Assembly: GCA_963805865.1 (NCBI GenBank)
Contig: CAWDVI010000003.1
Span: 334,131 to 398,130 of the forward strand
Length of the DNA: 64,000 nucleotides
Origin: an uncultured bacterium
GTDB lineage: Bacteria > Patescibacteriota > Saccharimonadia > Saccharimonadales > UBA4665
Direction: 5' to 3'
The notes below the pieces were generated by a model. The model searched no databases. It was not told the DNA's origin and was given only the letters and a program-made list of their open reading frames with translations. Below are positions 23,817 through 35,400 of this stretch, piece by piece. A program made the position numbers and the translations under genes. Numbering within the stretch: the stretch's first letter is position 1; each line of letters begins with the position of its first letter.

Positions 23817-24788
23817 CTAGAGTCGTTCCGGTAATGGTGTTTTGATTGAGTTATCGATTAATTTCTTGAGTGTACGGAGAAGAGCGCGACTGGATCGCAC
23901 ATCTTTGACTTGGGCAAAGGACTCGGCGACTTTCAGTCCTTCGGTAATGAGGTGAAAATCCCCTTTAAGATTGTAGTAGCGTCCTAGCTCGTAAGGGAGG
24001 GGTGGATTATGATAGCGTGTGCTAGAAGTAAAGCCTGCCTGCGCGCACCAGGCGAATAATCCGACGACCTCCTTCGCTATTGGCGCTAAATCACGATAGT
24101 CTCTCTGCGAGCTCTCGAAGGCGTCAACCACGCAATCGGCTACGTAGTGGTGTTTCTTCGCTTCGTCTTCTCTGGGGTAATTCTGAATTTCTCCCTTGGT
24201 GCGGCCCGTGGTTCGACGCTCACACACATCTAATCCTAGCCTGTAGTTACCGCTGTGGACTGCTCGGTTGAGGTATTGCCAGTAGAATTTGCCGTCCAAG
24301 GTAGCCCCGGGTTCAGGTTGTATGATGATGTCTGCCACTTCTCGCAGCAAGTCGTCTGTCTCTTCCGAACTTCCGTATGGTGTGAGATCCAGCAGGCTGC
24401 GCGCCCGGGTGATGGGGCTCTCGATACTGCGAGCGATGTCTAGTGCGAGCGGACGGTCAATACGGGCGGCGTGTCTGGCAATGTAACCTAGCTTTGCGGA
24501 GCGTTTGCCCGGGTCTTTTAAGGCGTTTGTACTTTGCGCCATGGCGAAGGCGTCGTACACTGGCCCGACCTCTTCGGTTACCATACCTACTTCAACCAGC
24601 GCGTTGATACGGACACTTTCGTCTTCAATGTCTTCCGCTAGCATAGTGGCTAGCTCCGGGGCATCGCTTGCTAGCCGGCCGAGGCTCTTGACGGTCTGCG
24701 GGCCTGGATTGACGTAATTCCCGCCATTTTGCTGATAGTCTTCTATCCGTTGCCGTCTTTCCTCAATTGCGATAAGTGCTTCCGACAT
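23817..24788 (-). CDS. hypothetical protein (about 323 aa from the MSEALIAIEE start)
   Basis: Long ORF co-oriented with and downstream of tRNA-Ala/tRNA-Ile; no recognisable motifs. Confidence 0.5.
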   Translation of the reverse strand: MSEALIAIEERRQRIEDYQQNGGNYVNPGPQTVKSLGRLASDAPELATMLAEDIEDESVRINALVEVGMVTEEVGPVYDAFAMAQSTNALKDPGKRSAKLGYIARHAARIDRPLALDIARSIESPITRARSLLDLTPYGSSEETDDLLREVADIIIQPEPGATLDGKFYWQYLNRAVHSGNYRLGLDVCERRTTGRTKGEIQNYPREDEAKKHHYVADCVVDAFESSQRDYRDLAPIAKEVVGLFAWCAQAGFTSSTRYHNPPLPYELGRYYNLKGDFHLITEGLKVAESFAQVKDVRSSRALLRTLKKLIDNSIKTPLPERL

Positions 24789-24837
24789 AAATCTTCCTCT
24801 CGGGTAAGTAACCCGGATTCCACCCATTGCTTAAAAA

Positions 24838-24914
24838 TGGTGGGCGATGAGGGACTCGAACCTCCGACCTCGTCATTATCAGTGACGCGCTCTAACCAGC
24901 TGAGCTAATCGCCC
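24838..24914 (-). tRNA. tRNA-Ile (anticodon GAT)
   Basis: Reverse complement reads GGGCGATTAGCTCAGCTGGTTAGAGCGCGTCACTGATAATGACGAGGTCGGAGGTTCGAGTCCCTCATCGCCCACCA. Confidence 0.95.
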
Positions 24915-24924
24915 TTATCGTACT

Positions 24925-25001
24925 TGGTGGAGGCACGGGGACTCGAACCCCGGACCCCCTGCTTGCAAAGCAGGTGCTCTAGCCAACTGAGCTATGCCCC
25001 C
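24925..25001 (-). tRNA. tRNA-Ala (anticodon TGC)
   Basis: Reverse complement reads GGGGGCATAGCTCAGTTGGCTAGAGCACCTGCTTTGCAAGCAGGGGGTCCGGGGTTCGAGTCCCCGTGCCTCCACCA, with G3:U70. Confidence 0.95.
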
Positions 25002-25289
25002 ACGCCGCTACGGTGTAAGTACCGAAGTATTTTAGCGGAAAAACAGGTTAAGTACAAGACTTGGCCGTAGTTAGAAGCTGTCGTAGTTGATGTAAATCGT
25101 ACATTACTAGTGGCCATTCGTATCTGTTAATTGGCAGGTCTTGGCTAATGAACACTAAATTACCAAGATTTTTGCCAAAAATTGACACGCGCGGCGGTTT
25201 TGGGGCTTTTGAACACAAAATTTCCAAAATTTTCCAAAAAATTCCGGGCGGCGACACGGGCGGGCAAAGTTGCTATAATCATAACCAGT

Positions 25290-26117
25290 ATGCGGAGGAA
25301 AGGCTACTTCAGGCTATTGTTAACAGGGGTGGGGGCAACCCTTTTGTTGTTAGGTTTGGCTCCGGTCGGGGCATCTTCGGCCAATATCTCGCATTCCTAT
25401 CAGGCAAATAACAGCATCAAGGATAACAGTATCGTCAGCCTGGATTCCAACCAGTCGGGCTATGTGGTGCCGGCCAACGTCGATAACGGCTCCCAACTGC
25501 TGGGAGTGGCTGTAGCCGGCAATAACTCCCTGATCGCGGTAAACGCCGCGCCAGGCGCGCCAGGCAAGGTCCAGGTGGCCACTACGGGCACTGTGACGGC
25601 ACTGGTCAGCACTCTGAATGGCGATATCAAGGTTGGCGACCTGGTGGCGGTGTCGCCGTTCAATGGCGTGGGCATGAAGGCGGAGCCCGGTTCACGGGTG
25701 ATCGGCCTGGCCCAGACGGCCTTCAGCGGCGGCACCGAGGGCGCCACAACAGAGGCGGTCAAGACCAAAGACGGCCAGCGCCACACCGTGAAGGTCGGCT
25801 ATCTGCGCCTGAACATCGCCGTCGGCATCAACGCCAGTGCGTTGGGCGACAACCTGAACGGCCTGCAGAGGGTGACCCAGAGCATCACCGGCCACACCGT
25901 GCCAACGGCGCGGATCATCATCAGCCTGGCTGTGGCCATCATTGCCCTCTTGGCGCTGATTACGCTGGTCTACGCCTCGATCTACGGCAGTATTGTCTCC
26001 ATCGGTCGCAACCCCTTGGCCAAATATGCTGTTTTCCGGACGCTGGGATCGGTGCTAGGTTTGGCGCTATTGACCTCTGTTATAGCCGGACTGACGATCT
26101 TCTTCTTACTCCGTTAG
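25290..26117 (+). CDS. hypothetical exported protein with N-terminal signal/anchor and two C-terminal TM helices
   Basis: MRRKGYFRLLLTGVGATLLLLGLAPVGASS start (TGcTATAAT at 25271..25279 upstream). C-terminus has IIISLAVAIIALLALITLVY and GSVLGLALLTSVIAGLTIFFLL. Confidence 0.6.
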   Translation: MRRKGYFRLLLTGVGATLLLLGLAPVGASSANISHSYQANNSIKDNSIVSLDSNQSGYVVPANVDNGSQLLGVAVAGNNSLIAVNAAPGAPGKVQVATTGTVTALVSTLNGDIKVGDLVAVSPFNGVGMKAEPGSRVIGLAQTAFSGGTEGATTEAVKTKDGQRHTVKVGYLRLNIAVGINASALGDNLNGLQRVTQSITGHTVPTARIIISLAVAIIALLALITLVYASIYGSIVSIGRNPLAKYAVFRTLGSVLGLALLTSVIAGLTIFFLLR

Positions 26118-26358
26118 CAAGCAGTTCCAAAAACCGCTTTTTGGCTGTGGATAACTTTTGATAAAACGGCTTTTTTTAAAGTGTTGGGGGATTGTCGCAC
26201 CCATTTTTGTGTGCGATATGGCGATTGCCTGGTTGCCAGTAAACACCGTTATCTAAGAAGTAAAACCCGCATTAATTGTTCAAATGTGACATCCCGGCGG
26301 TCTGGAAATACACGGAAAATAGCCTTTTTTAAGCCTTGTTTGACACACTTATAACAGA

Positions 26359-26387
26359 TTGACGGTGTCACAAATCTGCTATATACT
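26359..26387 (+). promoter_or_regulatory. candidate promoter of the giant gene
   Basis: TTGACG, 17 nt, TATACT, about 55 nt upstream of ATG 26442. Confidence 0.4.
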
Positions 26388-26441
26388 GAACACTATATTT
26401 GCACAGTCAAAACAGCGTGCAAAAAACAAAAAACACTCACA

Positions 26442-29400
26442 ATGCCAGCAAAATCAACCAAAAACACCAAAACCTGCCAGATTTGTAAGACCTCTTTCCA
26501 GGGAAGGAAGGACGCTAAGACCTGTTCGCCGGCTTGCCGCAAACGCTTACAGCGTAACCTGCAGGCTCAGATCGCCTATAAGGCCAAGCGGCTGGAATCG
26601 GTGTTGGGCAAGGAGCTCCACCGGATAGCCGCCGCCTTGCTTGAGAATCATGTCGTCCATGAGCCGCTGGTGCTGGCTGATGAGCGGGGCGCTATAGCGG
26701 TGGCTGAGCCGCCCACCGAAGAGAAGCAGGAGGGCGCGCTGGACGTTGAGCACGAGGAGCCGCCAGCCAGCCAGCCAGTGGCCAGCGAGCCTGCGGCTAA
26801 CGAGCCGGCTACTACCCAGATCCCAGTGGCTGCGCCGCCGAGCGAGCCAACCCCGGTTGAGCCGCAGATCCAGTCGACGGCGCTGCCCAGGGAAGCTGAT
26901 AAGCGCTTCTCGCCGTCGATAGTTACTCCTGAGCCAGTTGCCGAATCTTTGGAGTCCAACCCAGTTGAAGTTACCCCTGAACCTGCGGCTGCGCCGGAGC
27001 CAGCCGCCACCCCGGACATCCAGATCAGCCAGGCCGCGCCGATTGAAGAACAGCCGGTTCCAGAGCCAGCATCCCAGCCGGAACCCCAGGCGTCAACGGC
27101 GGCGCCGTCGGCCATTCATCTGGAAGACATGATGTCGTCGGAGTCGCTGGAGCCCTCGGCCTTCGGTGAAGCGGAATCTATGGAATCAGCCGCTGATGAC
27201 GGGGCTAAAGGTAAGCCGCCAAAGACGTCTGGTTTGGGTGGCAATTTCTCACTATTCCGCTGGAACAAGGTGGCGCTCATGGCCACTGGCCTGTCTCTGC
27301 TGGCTATCGTGGTGGTGTCGGTCGGAGGTTTCTTCCTGTTGTCCAGGCACAATACCCAGCATCTGGCCAGCAAGAACTCGCCGGGCAACTACTCTGTGGG
27401 CGACTTGCCATTGAGTAATGTCCAGGCTAACCCGGCCCTGCAGGTGGGCGAAGCCAATGAGGTGACCATCAACGGCCAGCTGACGGTCAACAAGACCCTG
27501 GTGCTGGCGCCAAGTTCAACGCCGTCGGCACCGGTGACGGGTCAGATTTACTACGACAAGACGGCCAACGCGCCAGCTTATTACAACGGTTCGCAGTTTA
27601 TAAGTTTAGCGCCGCAGCAAGGGGTTACTTCCATAGGCGGCCTGGGCGGTACCGTTGGCCTGGGTAACGGCTTGAGTGCCTCAGGCGATCAGATAGCGGT
27701 ATCCAACTCGCTCATCCAACAGATCAATGACGCCAGCAACCAGACCCGGGTCATCAGCCTCCAGGGCTTGTCTGGCAACCTGGCGCTAAGCGCCGGTCCG
27801 GGCATCAGCATCAACGGTCTTACCATTAGTGCGACTGGGGGTGGCGCAGGGGTTACCAGCTTAACCGGCACAGCAAACCAGGTCAATGTCTCGGCCGCTA
27901 CCGGCAATGTTACCCTGTCATTGCCCCAAAGTATCGCCACGACTTCTACGCCGACCTTTGGCGGATTGACACTAGGCAGTGCCCTGACAGCTGCCAACGG
28001 CGGTACAGGGGCCGCGAGTTTTACTTCCAACGGTATTCTGTACGGCAACGGCGCGGGGGCCATCCAAAGCACGGCGAGTGCCAATAACAGCGTGTTAGTG
28101 ACCAGTGGCGCCGGGGTGCCTAGCCTCAGCCAGACACTTCCGTTACAGGTGCAGAGCAATATTACTCAGACTGGCACCCTGAACGCGGGTGCCATAACCG
28201 CTGGCTTTGGAGCTATCTCAACCGTTAATAATATTACAACGTCAGCACTGATACAGGGTGGTTCCTTGCAGGTTACCGGGGGTAACTTTACTGTTGACGG
28301 TACGGGCAACGTTGTAGCTAATGGAACGGTTAACATAGAAGGGTCAGGCGGCATCACCATAGGTGTTGCAGGAACTACAGCAGGCAGTATAGTCATCGCC
28401 AATGCTTCAAACCTGCATACAACAACACTTCAAGCCCTGGCTTCCGCCACCCAGGATCAAACGATCACTATTCCCGTATCCAGTGCGACTACCGACCAGA
28501 TCTGTCTGTTAACGCTGGGTAACTGTTTCGGTTCAGGCAGTAGTGTTACGTCCATAGGCACACAGAACTACATCTCAAAATTCACGAACGCGGCGGCTAA
28601 CGAGATAGGCAACTCCCTGCTCTATGACAACGGTACCAGTGTTGGCGTGGGCACTATTACGCCCGGCGCCAGTTATTTGCTTGATGTGAACGGCAGTCTG
28701 AATGCCGCTGGTAGCGCGACTATCGGAACCGGCCTTACGGTCACGACCGGCGGGGCAACTATTACCGGTGATATCTTGCAAACCGGTACGGGAGCGTTCA
28801 CGACCGGCTCAGGCGCCGTTACATTGAACGGCAACACCAGCATAACCGGTTCTAAGACCCTGACCGTTGGCACCGGCGCGACGACACTGGGCGGCACGCT
28901 GGATGTAACCGGCCTGTCTACGCTCACTGGCGGGGCTACCATCTTGGCGCCCGCGACCATTACTGGCACGGCCAACATTAACACCACTGGTACGGCCAGC
29001 ACTTCCATAGGTAATGCTACCGGTAACTTCAGCTTGACCTCGCCTGGGCTGAATGTCAGCACCGCCGGGGCGCTCAGCGGTGTAACCGGTTATACCCAGA
29101 CTAGCGGCAACTTCAGTCAGAGCGGTACGGGCACCTTCGGTACGGGTACGGGAACGGTCAGCCTGAATGGCGCCACGTCTGTTACTAACGGGGACTTCAC
29201 CATAGGCGTAGCAGGCTCCACCGTTGGTAACCTCAATCTGGCTAATGCTACCTCTACCAGATTGGTTATTCTCCAAGGCCTGAATCCTTCCGGTGCCGGG
29301 GATGCCACTATACAGATTCCGACCATAGCCGGCGGCACTACGGATACGGTGTGTCTGCTGGCCCTGGCCAACTGTAGCGCTAGCGGCGCCGCTGGCGGCG

Positions 29401-32400
29401 ACCTGACGGGCAGCTACCCCAACCCGACCATCGCCAAACTGCAGGGCACCACTCTGACCCTGTCCTCCCTAGCTAGTGGCGATGTCCTGCAATACAACGG
29501 CTCCGCCATAGTGAACGGACATATAACTAACTCCAACCTGACTGCCGGTACCTTCTCCGCCATAACCGGCACTGGGGCACTAACAGCTGGTTCCATCGCC
29601 TCCGGCTTCGGAACTATCTCAACAGCCAATACCATCACCGGCACTACATTGAACGGTACCACCGGCATCAATACCGGAGCCGGTGCCGGCACCCAACGCA
29701 TAGACGCTAGCGGCAACCTGGTCAACATAGGTACCATTACCAGCGGGCTGATCAACGGCCAGACTATCTCCAGTAGTGCTAACTTTACGGGCAGCCTAAC
29801 AGTCCAAGGCGCTGGCGGTATAACGGCCGGCGTAGCCGGCGCCACAGCCGGCAGCCTGACCCTGGCCAATGGTAGCAATAGCCAGCTCAGCCTGCTACAG
29901 GCCAGCGCCCCCACCGGTGCCGGCAACGCCACCTTCCTGTTACCAGGCCTAGCCGGCGGTAGCAGCTACACCCTTTGTACCACCACCACCTGTGCCGCTA
30001 GCGGCAGCGGCGTAACTTCCTTGGACAGCCTGACCGGTGCCCTAACCATCAATAACAGTAGCGGCTCCGGCTCAGCCATCACCATAGATAATGCTGCCGC
30101 TGACGGTACCACTAAAGGTATAGCTACCTTCAACGCTACCAACTTTACGGCCAGCAGTGGAGTCATCAATACCATCCAGAACATAGCTACCACCTCCAGC
30201 CCGGTCTTCGTTTCACCGAACGGTACCACCGGCATCAATACCGGAGCAGGCGCCGGCACCCAACGCATAGACGCTAGCGGCAACCTGGTCAACATAGGTA
30301 CCATTACTACCTCCGGTGCTATCAATACCGCTACCATAAGTGGCGGTACACTCTCCGGCGGTAACGTCTCCGGCGGCACCCTGACAGCTACGGCTGTCAA
30401 CGGCCTGAATGTCTCCAGCACAGCCATAGCCGTCCAGGCAGCCGCCACCGGCCTGACCATAGACGCCGGTACATCCGGCACTGTCTCCATAGGCGCTACT
30501 TCTACAGGAGATATACTGCTAGGCGGCGGCTCCGGCTCTACCGGCTGTACGGTAACTAACTCCAATGGCAACCTGGCTTGTAGCGGTACCATCACCGGCA
30601 CTACCTTGAACGGCACCACCGGCATCAATACCGGAGCCGGCGCCGGCACCAACCGCATAGATTCCTCAGGCAACCTGGTCAACATAGGTACCATCACCAG
30701 TGGCCTGATCAACGGCCAGACTATCTCCAGTAGTGCTAACTTTACGGGGACGCTGGGTGTAGCCACCTCCGTCACCACGCCTCTAGTCAACCTGACCGTA
30801 GGCGCTAACACGGTCAGCATCAGCTCTGCCGCCCAGGCTAATGACGTAGCCCTATCCATACCAGCCGACACTAATACCACCGACACCCTATGTCTCCTAA
30901 CCTTAGGCAACTGCTCAGCCTCCGGCTCCGCCGGCGGCGACCTGACGGGCAGCTACCCCAACCCGACCATCGCCAAACTGCAGGGCACCACTCTGACCCT
31001 GTCCTCCCTAGCTAGTGGCGATGTCCTGCAATACAACGGCTCCGCCATAGTGAACGGACATATAACTAACTCCAACCTGACTGCCGGTACCTTCTCCGCC
31101 ATAACCGGCACTGGGGCACTAACAGCCGGCTCCATAGCCTCCGGCTTTGGCACTATAGCTACTGCTAACACCATCACTGGCACTACCATCAACGGCACCA
31201 CCGGCATCAATACCGGAGCCGGTGCCGGCACCCAGCGCATAGACGCTAGCGGCAACCTGGTCAACATAGGTACCATCACCAGTGGGCTGATCAACGGCCA
31301 GACTATCTCCAGTAGTGCTAACTTTACCGGGACGCTGACCGTCCAAGGCAGTAGCCTGACTGTCGGTACGCCGGGAACCACCATTGGCTCAATCAACCTA
31401 TCTACTAGTGCCAGCAACAGCAGGGAAGTCATTCTCCAAGGTCTTAATCCGTCTGGCACGGGCAATGCCACTATACAGATCCCAACCATCGCGGGCGGCA
31501 CGACTGACGCGGTCTGTTTGGTAGCGCTTGGCAATTGTGCCGGTAGCGGGGGCGGTATTACTGGTAGCGGTACATCAGGCACGCTAGCTGTCTTTACCGG
31601 TACGGGCAGTATTGGCAACTCAGTTATCACGGAATCCGGCAGCGCAGTTAGCGTAGCCGGTACCCTGGCTGTTACCGGTGCCAGCAGCCTAACGCTGGGC
31701 ACGGCAGGACCGGCTGGGAATACAGGCGCCATAGTCTTCAATAACTCTGCTAACGCCAACACCCTGACCCTGCAGTCTGGGGCGACTGGCAGCAACCTGA
31801 CCTTTACTTTGCCAACAGCTGACGGTGCTAATGGCGACTGTTTGATGACTAACAGCAGCGGTGTCTTAAGTTTCCAAGCTTGTACCGGCGGCGCTGGTGG
31901 CGGTGTCACCAGTCTTGATGGTCTTACAGGTATACTGACCATCAATAACAGTAGCGGCTCCGGCTCAGCCATCACCATAGATAATGCCGCCGCTGACGGT
32001 ACCACTAAAGGTATAGCTACCTTCAACGCTACCAACTTTACGGCCAGCAGTGGAGTCATCAATACCATCCAGAACATAGCTACCACCTCCAGCCCGGTCT
32101 TCGTTTCACCGAACGGTACCACCGGCATCAATACCGGAGCAGGCGCCGGCACCCAACGCATAGACGCTAGCGGCAACCTGGTCAACATAGGTACCATTAC
32201 TACCTCCGGTGCTATCAATACCGCTACCATAAGTGGCGGTACACTCTCCGGCGGTAACGTCTCCGGCGGCACCCTGACAGCTACGGCTGTCAACGGCCTG
32301 AATGTCTCCAGCACAGCCATAGCCGTCCAGGCAGCCGCCACCGGCCTGACCATAGACGCCGGTACATCCGGCACTGTCTCCATAGGCGCTACTTCTACAG

Positions 32401-35400
32401 GAGATATACTGCTAGGCGGCGGCTCCGGCTCTACCGGCTGTACGGTAACTAACTCCAATGGCAACCTGGCTTGTAGCGGTACCATCACCGGCACTACCTT
32501 GAACGGCACCACCGGCATCAATACCGGAGCCGGCGCCGGCACCAACCGCATAGATTCCTCAGGCAACCTGGTCAACATAGGTACCATCACCAGTGGCCTG
32601 ATCAACGGCCAGACTATCTCCAGTAGTGCTAACTTTACGGGGACGCTGGGTGTAGCCACCTCCGTCACCACGCCTCTAGTCAACCTGACCGTAGGCGCTA
32701 ACACGGTCAGCATCAGCTCTGCCGCCCAGGCTAATGACGTAGCCCTATCCATACCAGCCGACACTAATACCACCGACACCCTATGTCTCCTAACCTTAGG
32801 CAACTGCTCAGCCTCCGGCTCCGCCGGCGGCGACCTGACGGGCAGCTACCCCAACCCGACCATCGCCAAACTGCAGGGCACCACTCTGACCCTGTCCTCC
32901 CTAGCTAGTGGCGATGTCCTGCAATACAACGGCTCCGCCATAGTGAACGGACATATAACTAACTCCAACCTGACTGCCGGTACCTTCTCCGCCATAACCG
33001 GCACTGGGGCACTAACAGCCGGCTCCATAGCCTCCGGCTTTGGCACTATAGCTACTGCTAACACCATCACTGGCACTACCATCAACGGCACCACCGGCAT
33101 CAATACCGGAGCCGGTGCCGGCACCCAGCGCATAGACGCTAGCGGCAACCTGGTCAACATAGGTACCATTACTACCTCCGGCGCTATCAATACCGCTACC
33201 ATAAGTGGCGGTACACTCTCCGGCGGTAACGTCTCCGGCGGCACCCTGAGCGCCACGGCCGTCAACGGCCTGAATGTCTCCAGCACAGCCATAGCCGTCC
33301 AGGCAGCCGCCACCGGCCTGACCATAGACGCCGGTACATCCGGCACTGTCTCCATAGGCGCTACTTCTACAGGAGATATACTGCTAGGCGGCGGCTCCGG
33401 CTCTACCGGCTGTACGGTAACTAACTCCAATGGCAACCTGGCTTGTAGCGGTACCATCACCGGCACTACCTTGAACGGCACCACCGGCATCAATACCGGA
33501 GCCGGCGCTGGCACCAACCGCATAGATAGCTCAGGCAACCTGGTCAACATAGGTACCATTACTAGTGGCCTGATCAACGGCCAGACTATCTCATCCAGTG
33601 CTAACTTTACGGGGACGGTCGCTATACAAGGCGCTACCGCCCTGACGCTGGGCACAGCAGGACCGGCTGGGAATACAGGCGCCATAGTCTTCCAGAACTC
33701 TGCCGGCACCCACACCGTCACCCTGCAAGGCACGGCCGCCGATACGGCTGCTAATTACACTTTGACGATCCCAACTTTGACAGGGAATGACACGCTCTGC
33801 GTGGCTACCTTGTCCAACTGTACGGCGGCTGGATCGGCAAGTGGGGATCTTACGGGTACGTATCCTGGACCGACCATCGCCAAACTACAGGGCACCACTC
33901 TGACCCTGTCCTCCCTAGCTAGTGGCGACGTCCTGCAATACAACGGCTCAGCCATAGTCAACGGACATATAACTAACTCCAACCTGACTGCCGGTACCTT
34001 CTCCGCCATAACCGGCACTGGGGCACTAACAGCTGGTTCCATCGCCTCCGGCTTCGGTACCATCTCTACCGGCAACAACATAACTACTACCACCACCGTA
34101 CAGGGCGGGGTAGTCAATGCCACCTCCACCCTGGAACTGGGCGGCGCAGACATTAATACGGCCGGCACCCTGAGCAATGTGGCTTACTTGAATGCCACCA
34201 GCAATAACTTCACCAGCACTACTCTCCAGCACAATGGCAATGACATCTGCGACAATTCCAATAACTGTAACTACGCGCCGGCCAGTGGCGGCAACTACCT
34301 GGCCAGGAATGCTGCGGATACCTCATCCGCCGCCGTCACTGCCGCTAACAACCTGTACAGCTTCACCAACTCCAGCTCAGCCACCGCCTCGGGCGTCCTG
34401 AAGCTGGATAACGGCACCAACACCAACTCGGCACTTACAGTAACCGCCAGCGGCAACCCAACCTCCGGCCAGGCGCTGATCTTCGCCAGCAACACCAACG
34501 CCAGCCCCAGCGGCAATCTGATAGACCTGCAATCCGGCTCTAGCCCAACTTCCAAGTTTAGTGTTGATGCCAGCGGCAACCTGACAGCTACCGGCACCAT
34601 CAATGGTGCTACCATCACTTCAACCACCTTCAACACGGCCACCATATCCGGCGGCACCCTCACCGGCGGCAGTCTATCCAGCTCAGCCGTCAACGGTCTA
34701 TCCGTATCCGGCGGCACCATCACTAACCCGACTATTACCGGCACCGTAACCGGCTCCTCTAGTCCTACTATCTCCGGCTTCGGCACCTACAACGGCCAGA
34801 CTATCTCATCCAGCGCTAACTTTACTGGCACATTGGCAGTGCAGGGGGCTAGCACGACGATAGGTACGGCCAGTGGCACTACCGGCACGGTCAAGCTCTA
34901 CAACTCCGGCGGCTCCGGCTCCATCACCCTAACTCCGGCTAATCCAAGCTCTACTGATTACACTCTGACCCTGCCGGCTGAGAATGGCACCATCTGTACT
35001 ACCGGCAGTGTCTGTACTGGTTACGCGCCATCCAGCGGCGGCAACTACATAGCCAAGAACGCCCAAGATACCTCAAGCGCCAGCACCACTGGCAATCTGC
35101 TCGGCTTGACCAACACCAACACCGGCGCGGCCGGCGTTCTGAGCCTGACCAACAGCGGCACCAACTCAGCCCTAAGCATCTTGCAGAGCGGCACCAGTGA
35201 GCCGGGTGCCGGCGAAGCCCTCATAAAGGCCAATAATAATACGACCACGCCAACTGGTAACTTGCTAGACTTGCAGAACAAGGGTACCAGTGAATTCGCC
35301 GTTGACGTCAGCGGCAACAGCACGCAACTTGGCCTGGCGACCACGGTAGGCCTGAACGCCCAGTCCGGCCTGATCCAGGGCACTAACGGCCTGACGGTGA

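Noticed and set aside
24838-25001. tRNA-Ile/tRNA-Ala as part of a normal 16S-23S internal transcribed spacer
   Set aside because: They are on the opposite strand to both rRNAs, and a terminator separates them from the 16S. They cannot be co-transcribed with it.
26359-26628. 89-aa ORF overlapping the start of the giant gene
   Set aside because: It is out of frame with the giant ORF, overlaps the promoter candidate, and has no supporting motif.
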